DNA from: Lama guanicoe
Taxonomy: Eukaryota
DNA: 64,000 nucleotides
NCBI GenBank assembly: GCA_013239625.1
Contig: MU054187.1
Coordinates: 1,869,757 to 1,933,756, forward strand
Reading direction: 5' to 3'
Each line of letters opens with the position of its first letter. Position 1 is the first letter of the stretch. Of this stretch, positions 49,440 through 62,535 are shown piece after piece. A program made the translations under genes and the position numbers. Under the pieces are notes generated by a model, which saw nothing but the letters and a program-made list of their open reading frames with translations, made no database searches and was not told where the DNA came from.

Positions 49440-51643
49440 CTGAAAAGAAGACTCCTTGGAGTCCGGCAGCCAAAAGTGTAAAAACATAAGCGTGTATGGG
49501 ACCAGCAGGTGCCCCCAGTCACGCTAAACAAGGTGGAAGGCCGCTCCCTCCCACCCCCCACTCAAGCTCACCCACCAGCATGTGTGCAAGGATGCAGTTT
49601 ACACAGACATCGTCAGTTTATCCACAAGTGAGTTGAAATCACCCCAGCCAAAAAAGTGTGGGGTTTTTTGTTTTTACTTCACAGACACACAGAAAGAGAG
49701 GAGTCAGGTCACCAGGACGAGCTGTCTGTGAGCTGAAAAGGATGCAAATAATAAGGTTCGACTTTTTAGGATACAGACTAAAATACTTAAAAGCGTGTGG
49801 AGACTCTGAGATCATCTTCTCCTCTCCCCGTGGGAGGCAGAGCAGTGACCTCCTAAGATGTCCGGGTCCTGGCCCCCGGGCCCTGGGAACACGCTGCCTC
49901 ACTCGGCAAAGGGGAATTGGGTTGTGGGTGGAACTACGCTTGCTCCTCGGTGGCCCTGGAGGTGGGGGAGTAGCCTGGCTTATCCAGGGGGCCGATACAA
50001 TCCACATAGAAGTGGAAGAGGGGGCCGCAGGGGCAACATTTAGATGCGTGCTCAGATCTTCTGGTTGTTCCCCAAAAGTCCGTGGTGAGAATTCCGCTGT
50101 GGGTGAGAACAGAGCCTCGGCGGTGCTCCCTGACCTTCACCCTGAGGGGTTACTGAGATTCTGCTCCTCCCACCCATCCCTGTGGCTCCACCGAGACCCA
50201 GGGCTCTCGGCCGGCCCCTGGGTCCCAGCTCAGCCCCAGGGGCTCCCAGTTCTGCCGCCACCTGGCGGGACGAAGGGCGTCCCCTGATGAGCTGCAAGAG
50301 TACCCGTCTTCCTTTCACTTAAGCAAACAGCTTTCCAGGGAGCACCTTGAAATGCGTTGTACTCAGAGCCAGAAAGGAAAACAGGTGGCATTCATGGGAG
50401 GGTTCCAGAACAAAGAGGAAGCAGAGAGAGAGGGACTTCAGGATCTTGCGTGGGATTTCATATAGCTCTCACCCCCCACCCCAGAGAGTACAGAACAGTC
50501 TAGGAGACCAACAGCAGTCGTCAGAGGGCAGTTAAGGTCTTCTGTTTATTCATTCGACCAACGTTTACGGAGTGCTTCCGATGTCCCAGGCCTCCCTGAG
50601 GATGAGATCATGGGTTTTACTATATTACGCTGTAGAATCTCCCTCGGAAGTGACATTTCCAGACCTCCTTCCACAAGTCAGCCGGCTTTGGCTGTGCCTC
50701 TGAAGCTTCCCGGGCGCTGCTGCGAGACAGACCGATGCGCCCAGGACTCTGCATCTCTCAAGGGCTTTGAGGCGTGGGAGCTGCTGGCCCGGGGACCATG
50801 TTTTGAACAGTAAAGACCTAGAACCCAGGACTCATGGCCTGTTTTATGCACCTCATCTCACGACTGTTCTCCTGAGAACATTTATGAAGCCACTGAGAAG
50901 GGCCATTTTCCCAGTCACTACATGGCGCAGGGCACTGCAGGTGTTGGATGCTGACCTCTGTGAGTGTCATAACAAAGGGACGGTCAAGCTAAAGGACGAG
51001 GTGTATTTCCATCTTCACGGGTGGGAGAGGATGCGGATGAGGGGGCCAGCTGGAACACGCCCTCCGTTCATCAGGCAGTGACTCACAGAGAAGCACATAG
51101 GAGCCGGGCTCCGACGGAGCAGCAGGTGCCCCACTTGTCAACGGGACACAGGGAGGGGTGGGAGGCGGGAGATCTGCTCCCAGAGAAGGAAAGCTCTCGA
51201 GCCAGGGCAGAGGTGGGGCATGGGCGGGAGGCCCCGCGTGCAGAAAGAAACCAGGCCGCTACTAACCTGCCCACCAGACAACTCGCTCCGGGAACGCCAG
51301 GTTTTACTACCGGGTTTTAGCAGCGCGGCCAGCGCCCAGAACAGCTCCCAGATGCGCAGTTCAGGACCACGCTCCTGTCTCTCTGTCCTGTTTTATTGGA
51401 GGCGATCGTATCTTTTACTCACAGAGCTGGGGAAGACGTCCTTGAACGTACCAGCCATAGACATTTCCATCATTAAAGCCTGATTATAAAATCTCCCCTA
51501 AGGGCCAGCGGGAGGGACCGTGCTGGCTTTATAAAGGTCCCACTAGTCCTGGGAGCAAAGTCGTCCCGGCTGAAACCCAAATCCCAGACACACGGTGGAA
51601 CCATCATGGGCAACCAAGGACCGAAGGACGGAGCGGCAGTGAC

Positions 51644-51772
51644 CTTCCACGCAGCCATTTGCAAGTGGACTAAAGGTATCGCAAAGGATTAAAATTACAG
51701 CTGTGAATCAACGTTTCAGAGACGACATTTCAGATTCCCACACGGTGAGAAGTCAAGCAGAAGTGAGATCAC
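51644..51772 (-). pseudogene. EGF exon remnant
   Basis: DFSPCGNLKC...STCK...WK| , compare EYS ASPCSLMKC...GWKG. AG/GT bounded. Confidence 0.5.
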
Positions 51773-52079
51773 CTATTTCATAAAGATTTTGGCAAAACAT
51801 GTCTTGTAAAACCCTGACCCCACATCCCTGGAATGCTTTTAAGTGAATTTTAAGGAGCCAACTCTCTTCTCACTTGAAAGTGTTAATATTTCCTTTAATA
51901 CGTGAGAAGAACTACACCCTATCGCGAATGTGGTCTCTCTAGCTCTCACACACGCGCACGGTACGGATATGCTAATAAAGTATTTTCAGGGAGCAAAAAA
52001 ATGACCATTTTATGCAGATGATAATGTAACATTTAACCAGTGAAATAATTCCCTCGTTTATTACAATGGCTGTAATTAC

Positions 52080-52296
52080 AACGGCCGCATCACCATTAAC
52101 GCTACATAACAGCCGTGCAGCTATTAACACGGAGGCACAGAATCAATTTAAATCTAGTCAGAACTTTTGTTATTATCAAAAAGTTATTAAGACTCCTTTT
52201 AGGTGCAATTTTAAATGCCCCCAAAGCATTCTAAGTAGTTGGGCCAATTATGAAGGAGTCAGGTAGCATAAAAGAAACCTTGTTTTTTCCCCAAAG
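52080..52296 (-). pseudogene. LamG C-terminal exon remnant
   Basis: LPDSFIIG...LILCLRVNS resembles the 'IGG...GCI..L.VN' end of LamG. AG/GT bounded. Confidence 0.45.
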
Positions 52297-52853
52297 CTAA
52301 TACGGAGTTTTTTCAACAACATATTAAGAGTCTCAACTTTTTTTTTTAATGTAGAGAAACGTTAAAATAATTTAACTTTAAACAGGACCCTCGGAGCCTG
52401 CCTTACATCTCTGCTGAAACGTCTTAGATCTGATTAAAACCCCACATAGTAACTGCCACTTCTAACAAAACAGGATTTTAATCAATAACACATCAGAACA
52501 CCACTTGAAAGTATCAATATTTTGCAGTTAACAGATATATATTTGCCTTTAAAAGTAGAAGGGATTTAATGAATATCAATAAAGCTAGTGATTTTGGAAG
52601 GTTTCCCATGTGCCAAGAACCGTGTGCAGCATTTTCCATTCACTCCGTCGTTTGACTGTACGGTATGTCTGTCTTGTTGTTATTGTTCCCATTTACAAGT
52701 GAGAAGCCAAAAATGCTAGAAGGTGGCGGTTAACAGAATCCGAATTTAAATCACTCTGACTGCAAAGTTTCCGTGCTTAGCTATGTTGCCTCAATGTACA
52801 CGATTATAATATAATCTTAAATCCCAGAGAACCTTGGAGAAAACGTCACTTAC

Positions 52854-52965
52854 TTTTCAGTGAAGACGCTAACTTAGATCTTCGGTTCTAGATGACAAAT
52901 TAGTCAGCTAAGTTTGCCTCCTATCTTTCCTGCCTCTTTATTTGCTCTTGAAATGAAAGTTAAAC
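52854..52965 (-). pseudogene. Exon remnant
   Basis: ttcctttttatcag acceptor and AAA|gtaagt donor. Stops in all frames, domain identity unclear. Confidence 0.5.
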
Positions 52966-53423
52966 CTGATAAAAAGGAATTAGCCTAATCAGCAAAGATC
53001 ACAGGAAAGGGTCTGTCAATGAGAGATGATTCCAACCCTTTCTGGAAGATGAGAGGCAGAGGGGACTGACCCATGAAAAGCAGGTCCTATGAAGGGGCTA
53101 CAGGAGGGTGTGGGCTAGCCTCTCGCAAACTCCGGCATCTTGGCGCGACAGGTACGGTGTGAGCAGGCGTCCGACATGAGGCTGCAAGAGGCGTTCAGCA
53201 CGGCCCAGCGGCACCAGCTGCCCTGCGCCAGAACCCCTCCGACGGGGCCCACAGAGCACACACGGCTGAGATGTCCACTCGGGCCAAAAGCGAAACAGCT
53301 CTTCTCTAAGCAATCTGAACAAACTGTCAGGAGACCCGAGAATTCTAACGTGTGCGTTTCTACCTCCAGAAAAAGGCCCTTCTCATTTGGTGGAACCCTT
53401 GACTTGATCACACAGCCACTCAC

Positions 53424-53702
53424 CAAGAAGCAAAGAGTCCGGGTCACAAAGACGTCCCTGCTCTCCTCTGCACACAATCTTCTGCCGGAGTTTCCACCCA
53501 GAGGAAGGATAAAGATTTTTAAAAATCTGACATATGCAATAATGATGAAAAGGCGCATGATATAGCTGATAAAACATAAACGGATTGTTAGGTATATAAG
53601 GAGGATGGCCATTATGAAGAGAGAGACCAAATACACACATCAAAAACTGACTCCAGAAGAAATAGAGTAAACTCAAGAAACAAAATACAAATTAAAAGAT
53701 GA
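53424..53702 (-). pseudogene. LamG exon remnant
   Basis: ttaacag acceptor and TTG|gtgagt donor. SLLYF...FGLSLHNGHP matches the LamG 'LLY...F.LSL.NG' motif. Confidence 0.55.
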
Positions 53703-54557
53703 CTGTTAAGTAACAGACACTGGGCGAGATGTTACCTCCACGTGACAGGGAAAAAGGTCCCATGTAAAAAGGTTTTAAATCAGGTGCCCCAGAAAAGACG
53801 CTATTCCTCAGCCTCGTTTGCAGCAAAGACCAGGAGACTCCGCGCTGGACCAGACGGGAGAGCTCGGGTCAGGGCGCTGCTGGGCGTCCCTGCTGAGAAC
53901 AGCCGGTGTGCACCCAGACTGGGCCCTCTCCTCTGCCGCATCCTTCCTGCGCGCCGGAGAAGTGGCGGGGCCGTGCGTCCCTGAGGGCGTCGCAGGGTGC
54001 ACCTGCCGTAGTCCTCCCGGACCACCAGCTCTCTGAGCTGCACGTGAGAAATACGTTCCTGTCTTGACTGACCGCTCTTATTTCAGGTCTTTGCTTCTCC
54101 CGACACGTGACTTACTCCCCACACCCCACAATTATTACAGGTTTCTTGAAGACCGTGGCCTAATTGCATGTGCTTTGCACCTCGTGACGGCACAACAGTC
54201 ACTTACCAACCTGAAACGTACTAACATGCGCTGGCATGTAGAACAGAGCACACCCTTGTCTGTGTGGCGTCCTTCCAGTTGCCATCTCTGAGGTCTTTCC
54301 ACACATCGTCTGTGAAATTCTGGAAGGAAACGGGCTGAATTGCCCTGTCAGACAGAACTAACGCTAGTTAGACCATCTCACGTGGGAGACGGGGAAAGGC
54401 TTTTAAAAAGTCAGATGTGCTCTTCAAATATTTATCCTATTGTTTATGTGAACGGAAATGAGTGGAGATGTGGAACCAACTTCTTGAATCTTCAGATTCG
54501 ACCGCCATTGATCCAGGCTTGATTTATTTCAGGGAAACACGACATGACTTTCGGTAC

Positions 54558-54788
54558 CTTCCCAACAAAGGACAATCAAATAGAAATCTCAGATCTGAAG
54601 GCTGGGTAGAAAAACAGGTAGTTTTCACATTATACAGTCACAGAGTCTGAGGAGAGGAGTTCAGTCGCTGGTCTAAATAGACGTTAAACGGTGGAATCAA
54701 TTTTATAAGGATCCAAAAAACGTATGTGAGGAGCTGCAGTGGAAATTCAGAAAAACACTGTACCTGTGCCTTTGATGAAAACCCAAAC
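54558..54788 (-). pseudogene. EGF to LamG junction exon remnant
   Basis: ctctgcag acceptor and AAG|gtaccg donor. ELLSSDSVTV*CENYLFFYPAF, compare EYS IFLSSGIVSFQC...LFFPSF. In-frame stops. Confidence 0.55.
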
Positions 54789-56174
54789 CTGCAGAGCCCA
54801 GAGAGTTGGAAACGGGACGGAAGAAGGCGCCAGAAATGCAAAGGGCGGCCAGGTTGGCAGGTGTGGATGCCAGACCGAGCACCTGCCCCCACCGCTCTGC
54901 ACACCACACACTCTGGCACGGCCGGTCACGTCTGCGAAGAATGGCTCTTGTGAGGGAGACGTGACGGGGAGACAAAGGAGACCCAGTCAGCCTGGACTGG
55001 GCTGGGCTCAGCGAGGCCACGAGACCCTGCTTCCCCAGGAGCCAGCCTACCCGAATGCCATGGGAGGTGAGGTTCCACCAACTGCTGGGGAGCGACAGCT
55101 GGCACAAAGGCAAATCGACACCTTCAAGTGGGTAGATTTATTTTTTTATTACATGAGCATAAACATGGCCATGAAACCCAGAGAGCGTTCAGGGTTTTAA
55201 AGACCCAAAAGCTCATTATTCCCAGAATCTTTGTGGGCATCCCCTGCCCATGTTTTTTTTTTTTTAAGCAAAAGCAGCAGCAGCCGGATGAGCCCTTCAG
55301 ACAAGCCAAGAGCCAGACTCCAGGAGAAGACGGACACAGACACGTACGAAGGTGGGATCAGGCGGAGGTCAGGGGGCTCCTCCCGTCTGCCGGCACGTGA
55401 AGGAGACACAGGGAACGAGACGGTCCCCACGCCCCAGGGGATGAATCAATACACCTGGTGTCTTTTCAGTTTGCATTTACTGAGGCCCTCGTGAGGTCGA
55501 GGTGCTGGACGGGGAGACACTGCCGAGGTGCCAACGGCTGAGAAACCAGCAGGTCCCAGCACGGGCTCATCTCAGGGACCTCGCATCCCCCCACAAGCGT
55601 TCTGGGAATTAAGCACGTTTTAGGCCACTTTATAGATGGCGAACTGAAGCTCAGCATGAGGAGAAAGAGCCAGCCACGGGGTGGATCCAGGGCTCCTGCT
55701 CCCTCCTCTGCGCCCCACTGTCGCCCACCCACACTAACAGGACAAATGGCCCCACCATGGGGCCTGTCGGGTATGAAAGGCAGTCAGACGTGCGCACACA
55801 AAGGGCCGTGTCCTGAGAGAGAGTCACACACAGAAAGGCAGGTCAGACGCGCTGCTGTGGGAGGGCGCTTCCGCGGTCGGCCGTCAGCACCGTCCCACGC
55901 ATCGAGCGTCTCACGGTGTACTCAGCCCTGCTCCAAGCACACCACACGCTTTCATCTAAATTTCTAGAACTATGAACTAAGCATTATCTTTCTTAGATGC
56001 CTTACTGTAAGTCAGTGACTTTGAAGTCGCCGTAAATAAGGTGGTTCCCTGTTGCAAATGGTATTTTTAAGCCACTAAAAGTCCGTTGAGAAAAATAAAT
56101 AACAGTGATAGGTGTTGAGAGGAGATTTAAAAGAAGAATTAGAAAATACTGCCTTTTACGTGTGTTCACGTTTA

Positions 56175-56260
56175 ACTGAAAAATTGTGCTCGACACTGGA
56201 AACTGACACAACATTGTAAACTGACTACAACTCAACTCAAGAAAATTAAAAAGAAAAAGA
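56175..56260 (+). mobile_element. L1 extreme 3' end
   Basis: gaaactgacacaacattgtaaactgactac. Confidence 0.85.
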
Positions 56261-56353
56261 GAACACTGCTTTTGTGGCTAGAAAGTTTCTGGTCTGAACA
56301 GGAACACGCTGTCACACAGACACGCGGCAAATGAAGGAGCAGCTAGGAATTAC

Positions 56354-56495
56354 CACGGAGAAACTATTGATTTCAATATTAACGGGAGGCAAATTGAACG
56401 TATTTTGATGGAAATAAGAGTTTTGATCAGGTGATTTAAGGCACTTGCCAGGGCAGAATGGAAAGGTGATTATAGGTAAAGGAAACGGACTAACA
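56354..56495 (-). pseudogene. LamG C-terminal exon remnant
   Basis: ctgtttgcag acceptor and GTG|gtaatt donor. Open frame PFPLP...VNIEINSF, compare EYS LamG1 ...VIEINNW. Confidence 0.35.
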
Positions 56496-57129
56496 CTGCA
56501 AACAGTAAGAAAGGGCTGATTATACCAAGATAACTGGTGTGGCTCCCTGCGTGGCGCCCGCCAGCGGGGCTGTTCAGTGGGCATCAGCGCCGGCCTCTCC
56601 CCTTCACCCTGCTCTAGTGGAGACGAGGTCGCAGGAGAGAAAGCATGGCTCCGCCTGCTTTAGGCCACACCGGTCGTGTACTGGCTCGCGCTACAGCTGC
56701 GGGTCAGAAGCTGCCTCTCCGCTTCTCAGCCCTTTCCCTCTGGGCCCCTCCCGGGCAGACCCGCTGCGCCTGCTCGCTGACTCCCGCCACGCCCAGCTCT
56801 CACTCTCCCAGAACCAAGTCCAGCACCAAACAGAGGTCCCGTCCTTTCAGAGTCCAAGCAAGCGCCACAGCCCCGGTTCTCCTAGGTGGCAGCGGGGCTG
56901 CATGCACACCCACGCACACCCACGCACACCGCCCACCACGGAAAGGGCTTCTGCTTTCAGTCTGGATGAGCTGGGGCCACTCGCGGTTTCTGAGAAACGA
57001 CCTGAGTCAGTGTTCCGGCGTCACTGTCTCGAGTGGGCAAAGGGAAGTCCCACCGGAGGCTGCAGAGTGAGCAGCTGAGCCGGGGGCCAGCCCGGCCCAG
57101 GGCCGGGGCGGGGGCTGCGGGCAGTGGGC

Positions 57130-57275
57130 AGATCCAAGATGCAGCATTTTGAAGGTGGGGCCCAGATACTTTCCAGGACAACTGGAGGTGGTACCCAAGA
57201 GAAGAGGGGATACTGTTTGAAGCCTAAGGACCTGGAAGGACGGACTGCCCTGAGCTGAGCTGGAACAGGTGTCCG
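57130..57275 (-). pseudogene. LamG N-terminal exon remnant
   Basis: tttctccag acceptor. VLRLQTVSPLLL resembles the LamG 'L.FQT...GLLL' strand. 3' end uncertain. Confidence 0.3.
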
Positions 57276-57629
57276 CTGGAGAAAGCCGAGATGTGCAGGA
57301 GGCAGCAGGTGTGCTGCTGTGTTTGAATCCACAGTCTGAGCTGGGGCTCTCACAACATGGATGTATGCAGAAAAGAGACGCGGGCCAAGGAGTGCCTGGA
57401 GCCTCCAATGTTGCTTGGGGAGGGGGAGGAAGGACAGGACAGTAAGACAAGTCAGCGGACAGGGAGGAGGAAGCTCAGGAGTGTGGGGTCGTGATGCCAG
57501 ACGTCAGAGGAGCAGACAGACGTCCCCACAGCCCACCTCTAGCCCCCGCGGTGCTCCAGGCATCCACACAGGCTTCCCGTGCATCTAAATATTTGGAAGT
57601 TGTGAATAAGTTCATAGACTGTTAATTAA

Positions 57630-57720
57630 GGGGGGAGGGTATAGCTCAGGGGCGGAGTGTGCGCTGAGCATGCATGAGGTCCTGGGTTCAATCCCCAGTA
57701 CTTCCATTAAAAAAAAAAAA
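57630..57720 (+). mobile_element. tRNA-derived SINE with A tail
   Basis: ggggagggtatagctcag...ctgggttcaatccccagtac. TSD agactgttaattaa / agactgtcaactaa. Confidence 0.95.
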
Positions 57721-57987
57721 GACTGTCAACTAAAACACGTTCCATTCTCTCGCATCGATGACTATTCCTGCAAAAGAGCCTGGAAGACTGTGTTCAAATC
57801 ACAAATTCTCAAAGTTCTCCGGGCTCTGCCGGAAACTCAGCCCGGAGCTGGTGGGCTTCTCTCCCGCACGCAGGGGGTCTTGTGAGCACAAGTGAGGACC
57901 TCCCGGCCCAGCCTTACACTTAAGAAAGACCCAGGCCCTTCTCCACGGAGCCCACCCCCACCTCCTCCACAGGAGGTGGTGTGCGGG

Positions 57988-58270
57988 GTCACCGGGGGAA
58001 AGCGGGTGGGAAGGGGTAAACTGGGAGTTCAAGACTTGCAGATACTGACTACTAGATATAAAGTGGATAAACAAGGTCCTACTGTGCAGCACAGGGAACT
58101 GTATTCAGTATCTTGCAGTGACCTATAATGAAAAAGACTATGAAAACGAGTGTCTGTACATATAGGTACAAACAGGATGCTGTGCAGCACAAATTGACAC
58201 AACATTGTAAACTGACTACACGTCAATTAAAAACCTGAAAAAATGAAGTTCACATTAAAAAAAAAAAAAC
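57988..58270 (+). mobile_element. L1 3' end fragment
   Basis: Same 3' UTR as the other copies, with A tail. Confidence 0.9.
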
Positions 58271-58364
58271 CTCTCAGCAAGTTTCAACTATGCAATGCCT
58301 TGATTCCAACGGGGGGACACAGAAGCCGCAAAGAAGCAACTAACGGCTGTGGACAGTTTGCTAC

Positions 58365-58555
58365 GTATCAGGTACCGTTCCAAGCGCTTTGAGTACAAAA
58401 TCACAAACTCCTCAGAACTGCCCGCTGAAACAGGTCATCGCCATTCAACAGATTAAAAAAAATGAGGTACAGAGAGATAAAACAACTCACCCAAAGTCAA
58501 GTAGTTATAAAGTGGCAGAGCCAGGATCTTAAGCCCAAAAGTCTAACCATTACAC
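58365..58555. mobile_element. MIR fragment
   Basis: aatgaggtacagagagataaaacaactcacccaaagtca...gtggcagagccaggat. Confidence 0.65.
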
Positions 58556-59036
58556 TGGACAGCGCCGCGGGGTGGGAGGGGATCTGCAGACGCGCGGCTG
58601 GCGCGTTAGGAATCCCACTAACGGATGTTTGCATCGCTATCTTTAAATTCGGCTGATACACATTACAACTGATCAAGCACACAGTAAAAAGTCTGAAAGG
58701 TTTTAAGAGAGCATGAAATATTCAGCTTGGCTTTTATCCACTTGAGATAGGAAAAGATACAGCAAAAAAACAGAGAACCCGACGAGGTGGAAGTTGACAC
58801 TGCTAACCATGTGATTTTCAAACTTCTTGTCGGCATCACTGAGTCACATAAAATTAGTATAAAAAAACAAACTTAAATATTATGAGGCCCAACTCCATCT
58901 CGCTTTAGTTAAGGAACAGTGTTCAGAGATGCCAAGGAACTCGGTACCGTGTACCACAGCTCTCACCTCAACCCCCACGTCTTAGACTGCCAGTCTTTTC
59001 CGTGTATTTTACCCACAGCAGCACAGATTTACTTAC

Positions 59037-59080
59037 CAGATTTCAGAGAGTCAGTATGCAGAATCATTTAAAGTGAAAAT
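59037..59080 (-). pseudogene. 44-bp exon remnant
   Basis: tttatgtag acceptor and CTG|gtaagt consensus donor. Stops in all three frames. Confidence 0.5.
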
Positions 59081-59359
59081 CTACATAAACACGTAGGTTG
59101 ACATTTTTATACACATATACATGCGTGTGTATATATATATATGTTTAAAATATTTATGTGTATGCTTAATCTAGTCTACATAATTAAATATAAATAGATT
59201 ATGGTACATCTTTTCACATTTCAGTTTTTGCATCTTAACACAATATTGCAATATTTGGATTTCAAATGCTGCAAAAAAAATTACGATACCTAAACAAACA
59301 TTTCCTCAAAACATAAAAGGAGATGGTGATGTGAACACGGAAATAAAGCTAGGTCTTAC

Positions 59360-60990
59360 GGCGCCTGGGAAAAAGCAAGTGAACTCAGGGAAGACAGGCA
59401 CCTCTGAGTTTTTGCTCAGCCCCAAAGAAGTGTTGCTGCGCACTTTTCTATTTATTTTACACCCATGTGTTACAAGGAAAGTATCACCCGTACGTGTTGA
59501 ATTCAATTTGCCTTGAACTGAGAGTAATGTAATTGTCAAGGAGTTATTTAATGTCCGGTAAGTTTTCTGAGTTTCACAAAGCCTTCCTTCTAACAAGCAA
59601 GTGGTGTTTTGCCAGCACAGAACAGAACTTGAACAGGGCAGATTGAGTTTGGTTCTAAACTTAGAGCACACAGATCTGAGTGACTGCCAAGCCTGCTGAA
59701 ATGTGTCTTCTCCAATCTTCTTAAAGTGCATGAGGATTTCAAAAGAAAAATCATACAGCTTTCCATTGTGAGCTTCCTCTGAGCATTGAATGCTGAATTG
59801 AAAACTGCATATTAAATACAAGAGAGTGATGTGCTTTATCAAGTCCTGGTCTCAGTATATTTCACTTCAGTCTGTTTTCCCCCAAATGCTATCTTGCAAC
59901 ATTTTCAAGCCTTTGCAGTTCCCTTTCTTTAGACATAAGAATCGATTGTTGCCGGCCATTCTGCTCTTGAAAATAATCTACCTTTAATAATCAAAGAAGC
60001 AGCAAAAAGTGGATCAGGGAAGTATTTTTACAAAAAAGACAATATATAATCAATAAGGTTCCTAGTTTCTGATCATACCAAAGAGTCTAAGATGATTCAC
60101 TCGTCTTGAAGGGGGTGGGGAGGTGTTAGTGAAATCAACAGATTGATTCAGACATATGGACTTTCTGGAAGGCGGCGAGAGTGGGAGAGGAGGAAGAAAG
60201 GACATTCAAACAGGGGCCGTGTCGCCTGGTTCACTCACTGCCAACACACTGCAAAACACGGCATGAGAGCTCGCCACGTAAACGGGATGACATTTAGCTG
60301 ATTCCTTTTGTTCATGTTTTTGAGACTTCGCTGTAATTCACAGAGCAGTACGAATTCTTGAGCACATTTCTATTCCTTTAGGGAAAAAAAACTTTCTTCA
60401 CCTAATTTCCAGTCTTAATATTCTGCGCTGCAGCTCAGTGATGCTGAGAAGCATTAGGAGGGGCAAAGAGGGTGAAGGAGTTAACATCTTCAAGAATCAA
60501 TCCTTTAACGATGGGGAAAAGCTGGTATTTGGGGTCATGCTGAGAGGTGGGAAGGCATTTCTAGGTTTCATTGTTAGTGATCATTTTAACTGACGAAGGG
60601 CCAGTTCTCTGTTTCCATCACTGCAATTCCAGGCAGTCGCTGCTTTCACACTTCGGTTTTTTTCCTTTCCTTTCAGGATGTAATCCAGTATGTCTGAAGG
60701 TGATTTCTCTACAGGTTTTGCTTCAGTCTTAGGTTAATTATATTTATTTTCGTAGCACTTTGAATCAATACGCTGGTTCAGAATTTAGAAAACATTTCCT
60801 AGCTTTTAGTTTATCAAAAGAGGAAGATTATAAAGTCAGGCTTTTATGTCGTGCCATTCGACGTGGAGTTCTGAGTGGGAGAAGCGTGGAATGGTTTCCC
60901 AGTCGGTTCAAGTGGGACAGCAGATGCACTGATGGTCACTTTTCCAAATAATGTGATGCCATTTCTCAGACATTTGAGAATCAAATCTTA
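59360..60990 (-). pseudogene. Second large exon remnant
   Basis: About 1.6 kb with no recognisable repeat and protein-like stretches (EAKPVEKSPSDILDYILKGKEK; LPPLPLSPPSRKS; ORF 59306-59842). Ends at a GCC|gtaaga donor. The acceptor position is uncertain. Confidence 0.35.
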
Positions 60991-61574
60991 TCAGTTTGGA
61001 AGGCAGAAAGCATAAATATAGATCATGTAAGCTACCATACTTTTTTGCTTTTTAAATACTTTTATTTTAAAGATAACACAGGCACACAATAAAAAATCAA
61101 ACATTCTTACTTTTGCCATAAGAATAGCACACTCATATGGGAAAAAACGGAAACATTACAGAGAAGAATAAAGTCAAAAGCAACGTTCTTCTGCCTTCAT
61201 CTCTGCTCTTGCTCCAGGATCCTTTGTGGTCCTTTTTTAAGTGTGAGAAATGCAGACATTGATGGAAAGCACCCCTGATGACTTCAAAACATTGGCTTCT
61301 ATTTACAAGACCAGACTAACTAGCCGTCAGTAACCAGACTCTAACGGCAGAACAGCTACACTCCCATTTTTTGTGTGAGTAAAGGTAGATTCATCTAGAG
61401 AGACACATACTGCGTGGACTTACACCGCCGTATTTTTAAAGGCAGATGAAATCAGGGTCACTGAGCAAGTTTGCCCGAAACCAAGTCAAACCGAGACACC
61501 TGCCTGGCGCCCGGAGTTGCAGAAGCACAAGCTGCCGCCAGGCCGCTGCCGTTCAGGCGCTGTTCCCACCAACT

Positions 61575-61735
61575 TGGGTCATTAAGGCAGAGTTTCCTTC
61601 TGTTCGCCAAGGTCTCCTCATCTATAAAATTCCACGGTCGTAGCGAAACCGTGACCTAGGAACAGGATTGTTGTGGGGACTGAATGAGTTAACACTTAGG
61701 ATAAATGCCTGGTACACACAGTAGGCGTTCAGTTC
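61575..61735. mobile_element. MIR fragment
   Basis: tctcctcatctataaaat...ggattgttgtggggactgaatgagttaa...gcctggtacacacagtaggcgttca. Confidence 0.65.
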
Positions 61736-62535
61736 TGGTTAGATACTATTTTGTAGCAAAATTTCCCCGCCGAATTCTGCAAACACAATTCTCCAGTGCC
61801 CTTCCGCATGCTTTGCTGAGAACACAGGCAACCCTTGGCGCACGGTGATCTAGAGGTGAGTTACTCAGGCTTAAAGTATCTGGTAGATTTTACAGGCCGT
61901 TCCTTCCAGCACTTGGGGCCAGCAGCGGCCTGTCTTCCAGGCTCACTCGTGCCCGCCACGTCCTTGGTACCTGAGCCCCCGTCCTCTCCCCCAGCACCAG
62001 GCATCCTTTTCTGAAGCCCCTCCCCGGTGCAAGCCGTGTCAGCTACTCGAGGGGTGTGCTTCGCGTCCCACAGCGACTGGAGACTGGCCTCTTTAGCACT
62101 TAGGTTCTGCCCATCTTTGGCTTCATATATTTTAAGGCCATGTTATTAAGGGTGTAGACAGTTAGCATTTTTACATCTTTCTGGTGAATTAGCTCATCTT
62201 TGGATTCTTTAGGGATCTCTTCCAAGCTGTTTCCCTGTATCTATCTCTGTCTCATGCTCAGCCCATTAATTAACAACGGAACGACTATCTAAGGTTGGTC
62301 ACTGTCACGGGCTCTGTTTGGATCAGACGCACGGTGGACAGCTCGATGCTGCCTGTTTTTAAGTGCACTGTCACATTCCTGGGTGGTTAAACTGGCAAAA
62401 TATTGTGTTTTTATGGTAATATCAGAATTGGCTTACAACATTTCAGCGAGCGTTGCCTTTTCATTCATACATCCAACATTTGTTAAGCACAGCCGTGCAC
62501 TCAGCCTCAGCTAGATGGGAAACCCCTCCCGGCCC

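Noticed and set aside
49658..50287. 209-aa plus-strand ORF
   Set aside because: Non-ATG start, GC-rich composition, no recognisable domain or supporting exon structure. Likely a chance ORF.
57630..57720. tRNA gene
   Set aside because: The tRNA-like head has an A tail and TSD, and there are several diverged copies in the window, so it is a SINE.
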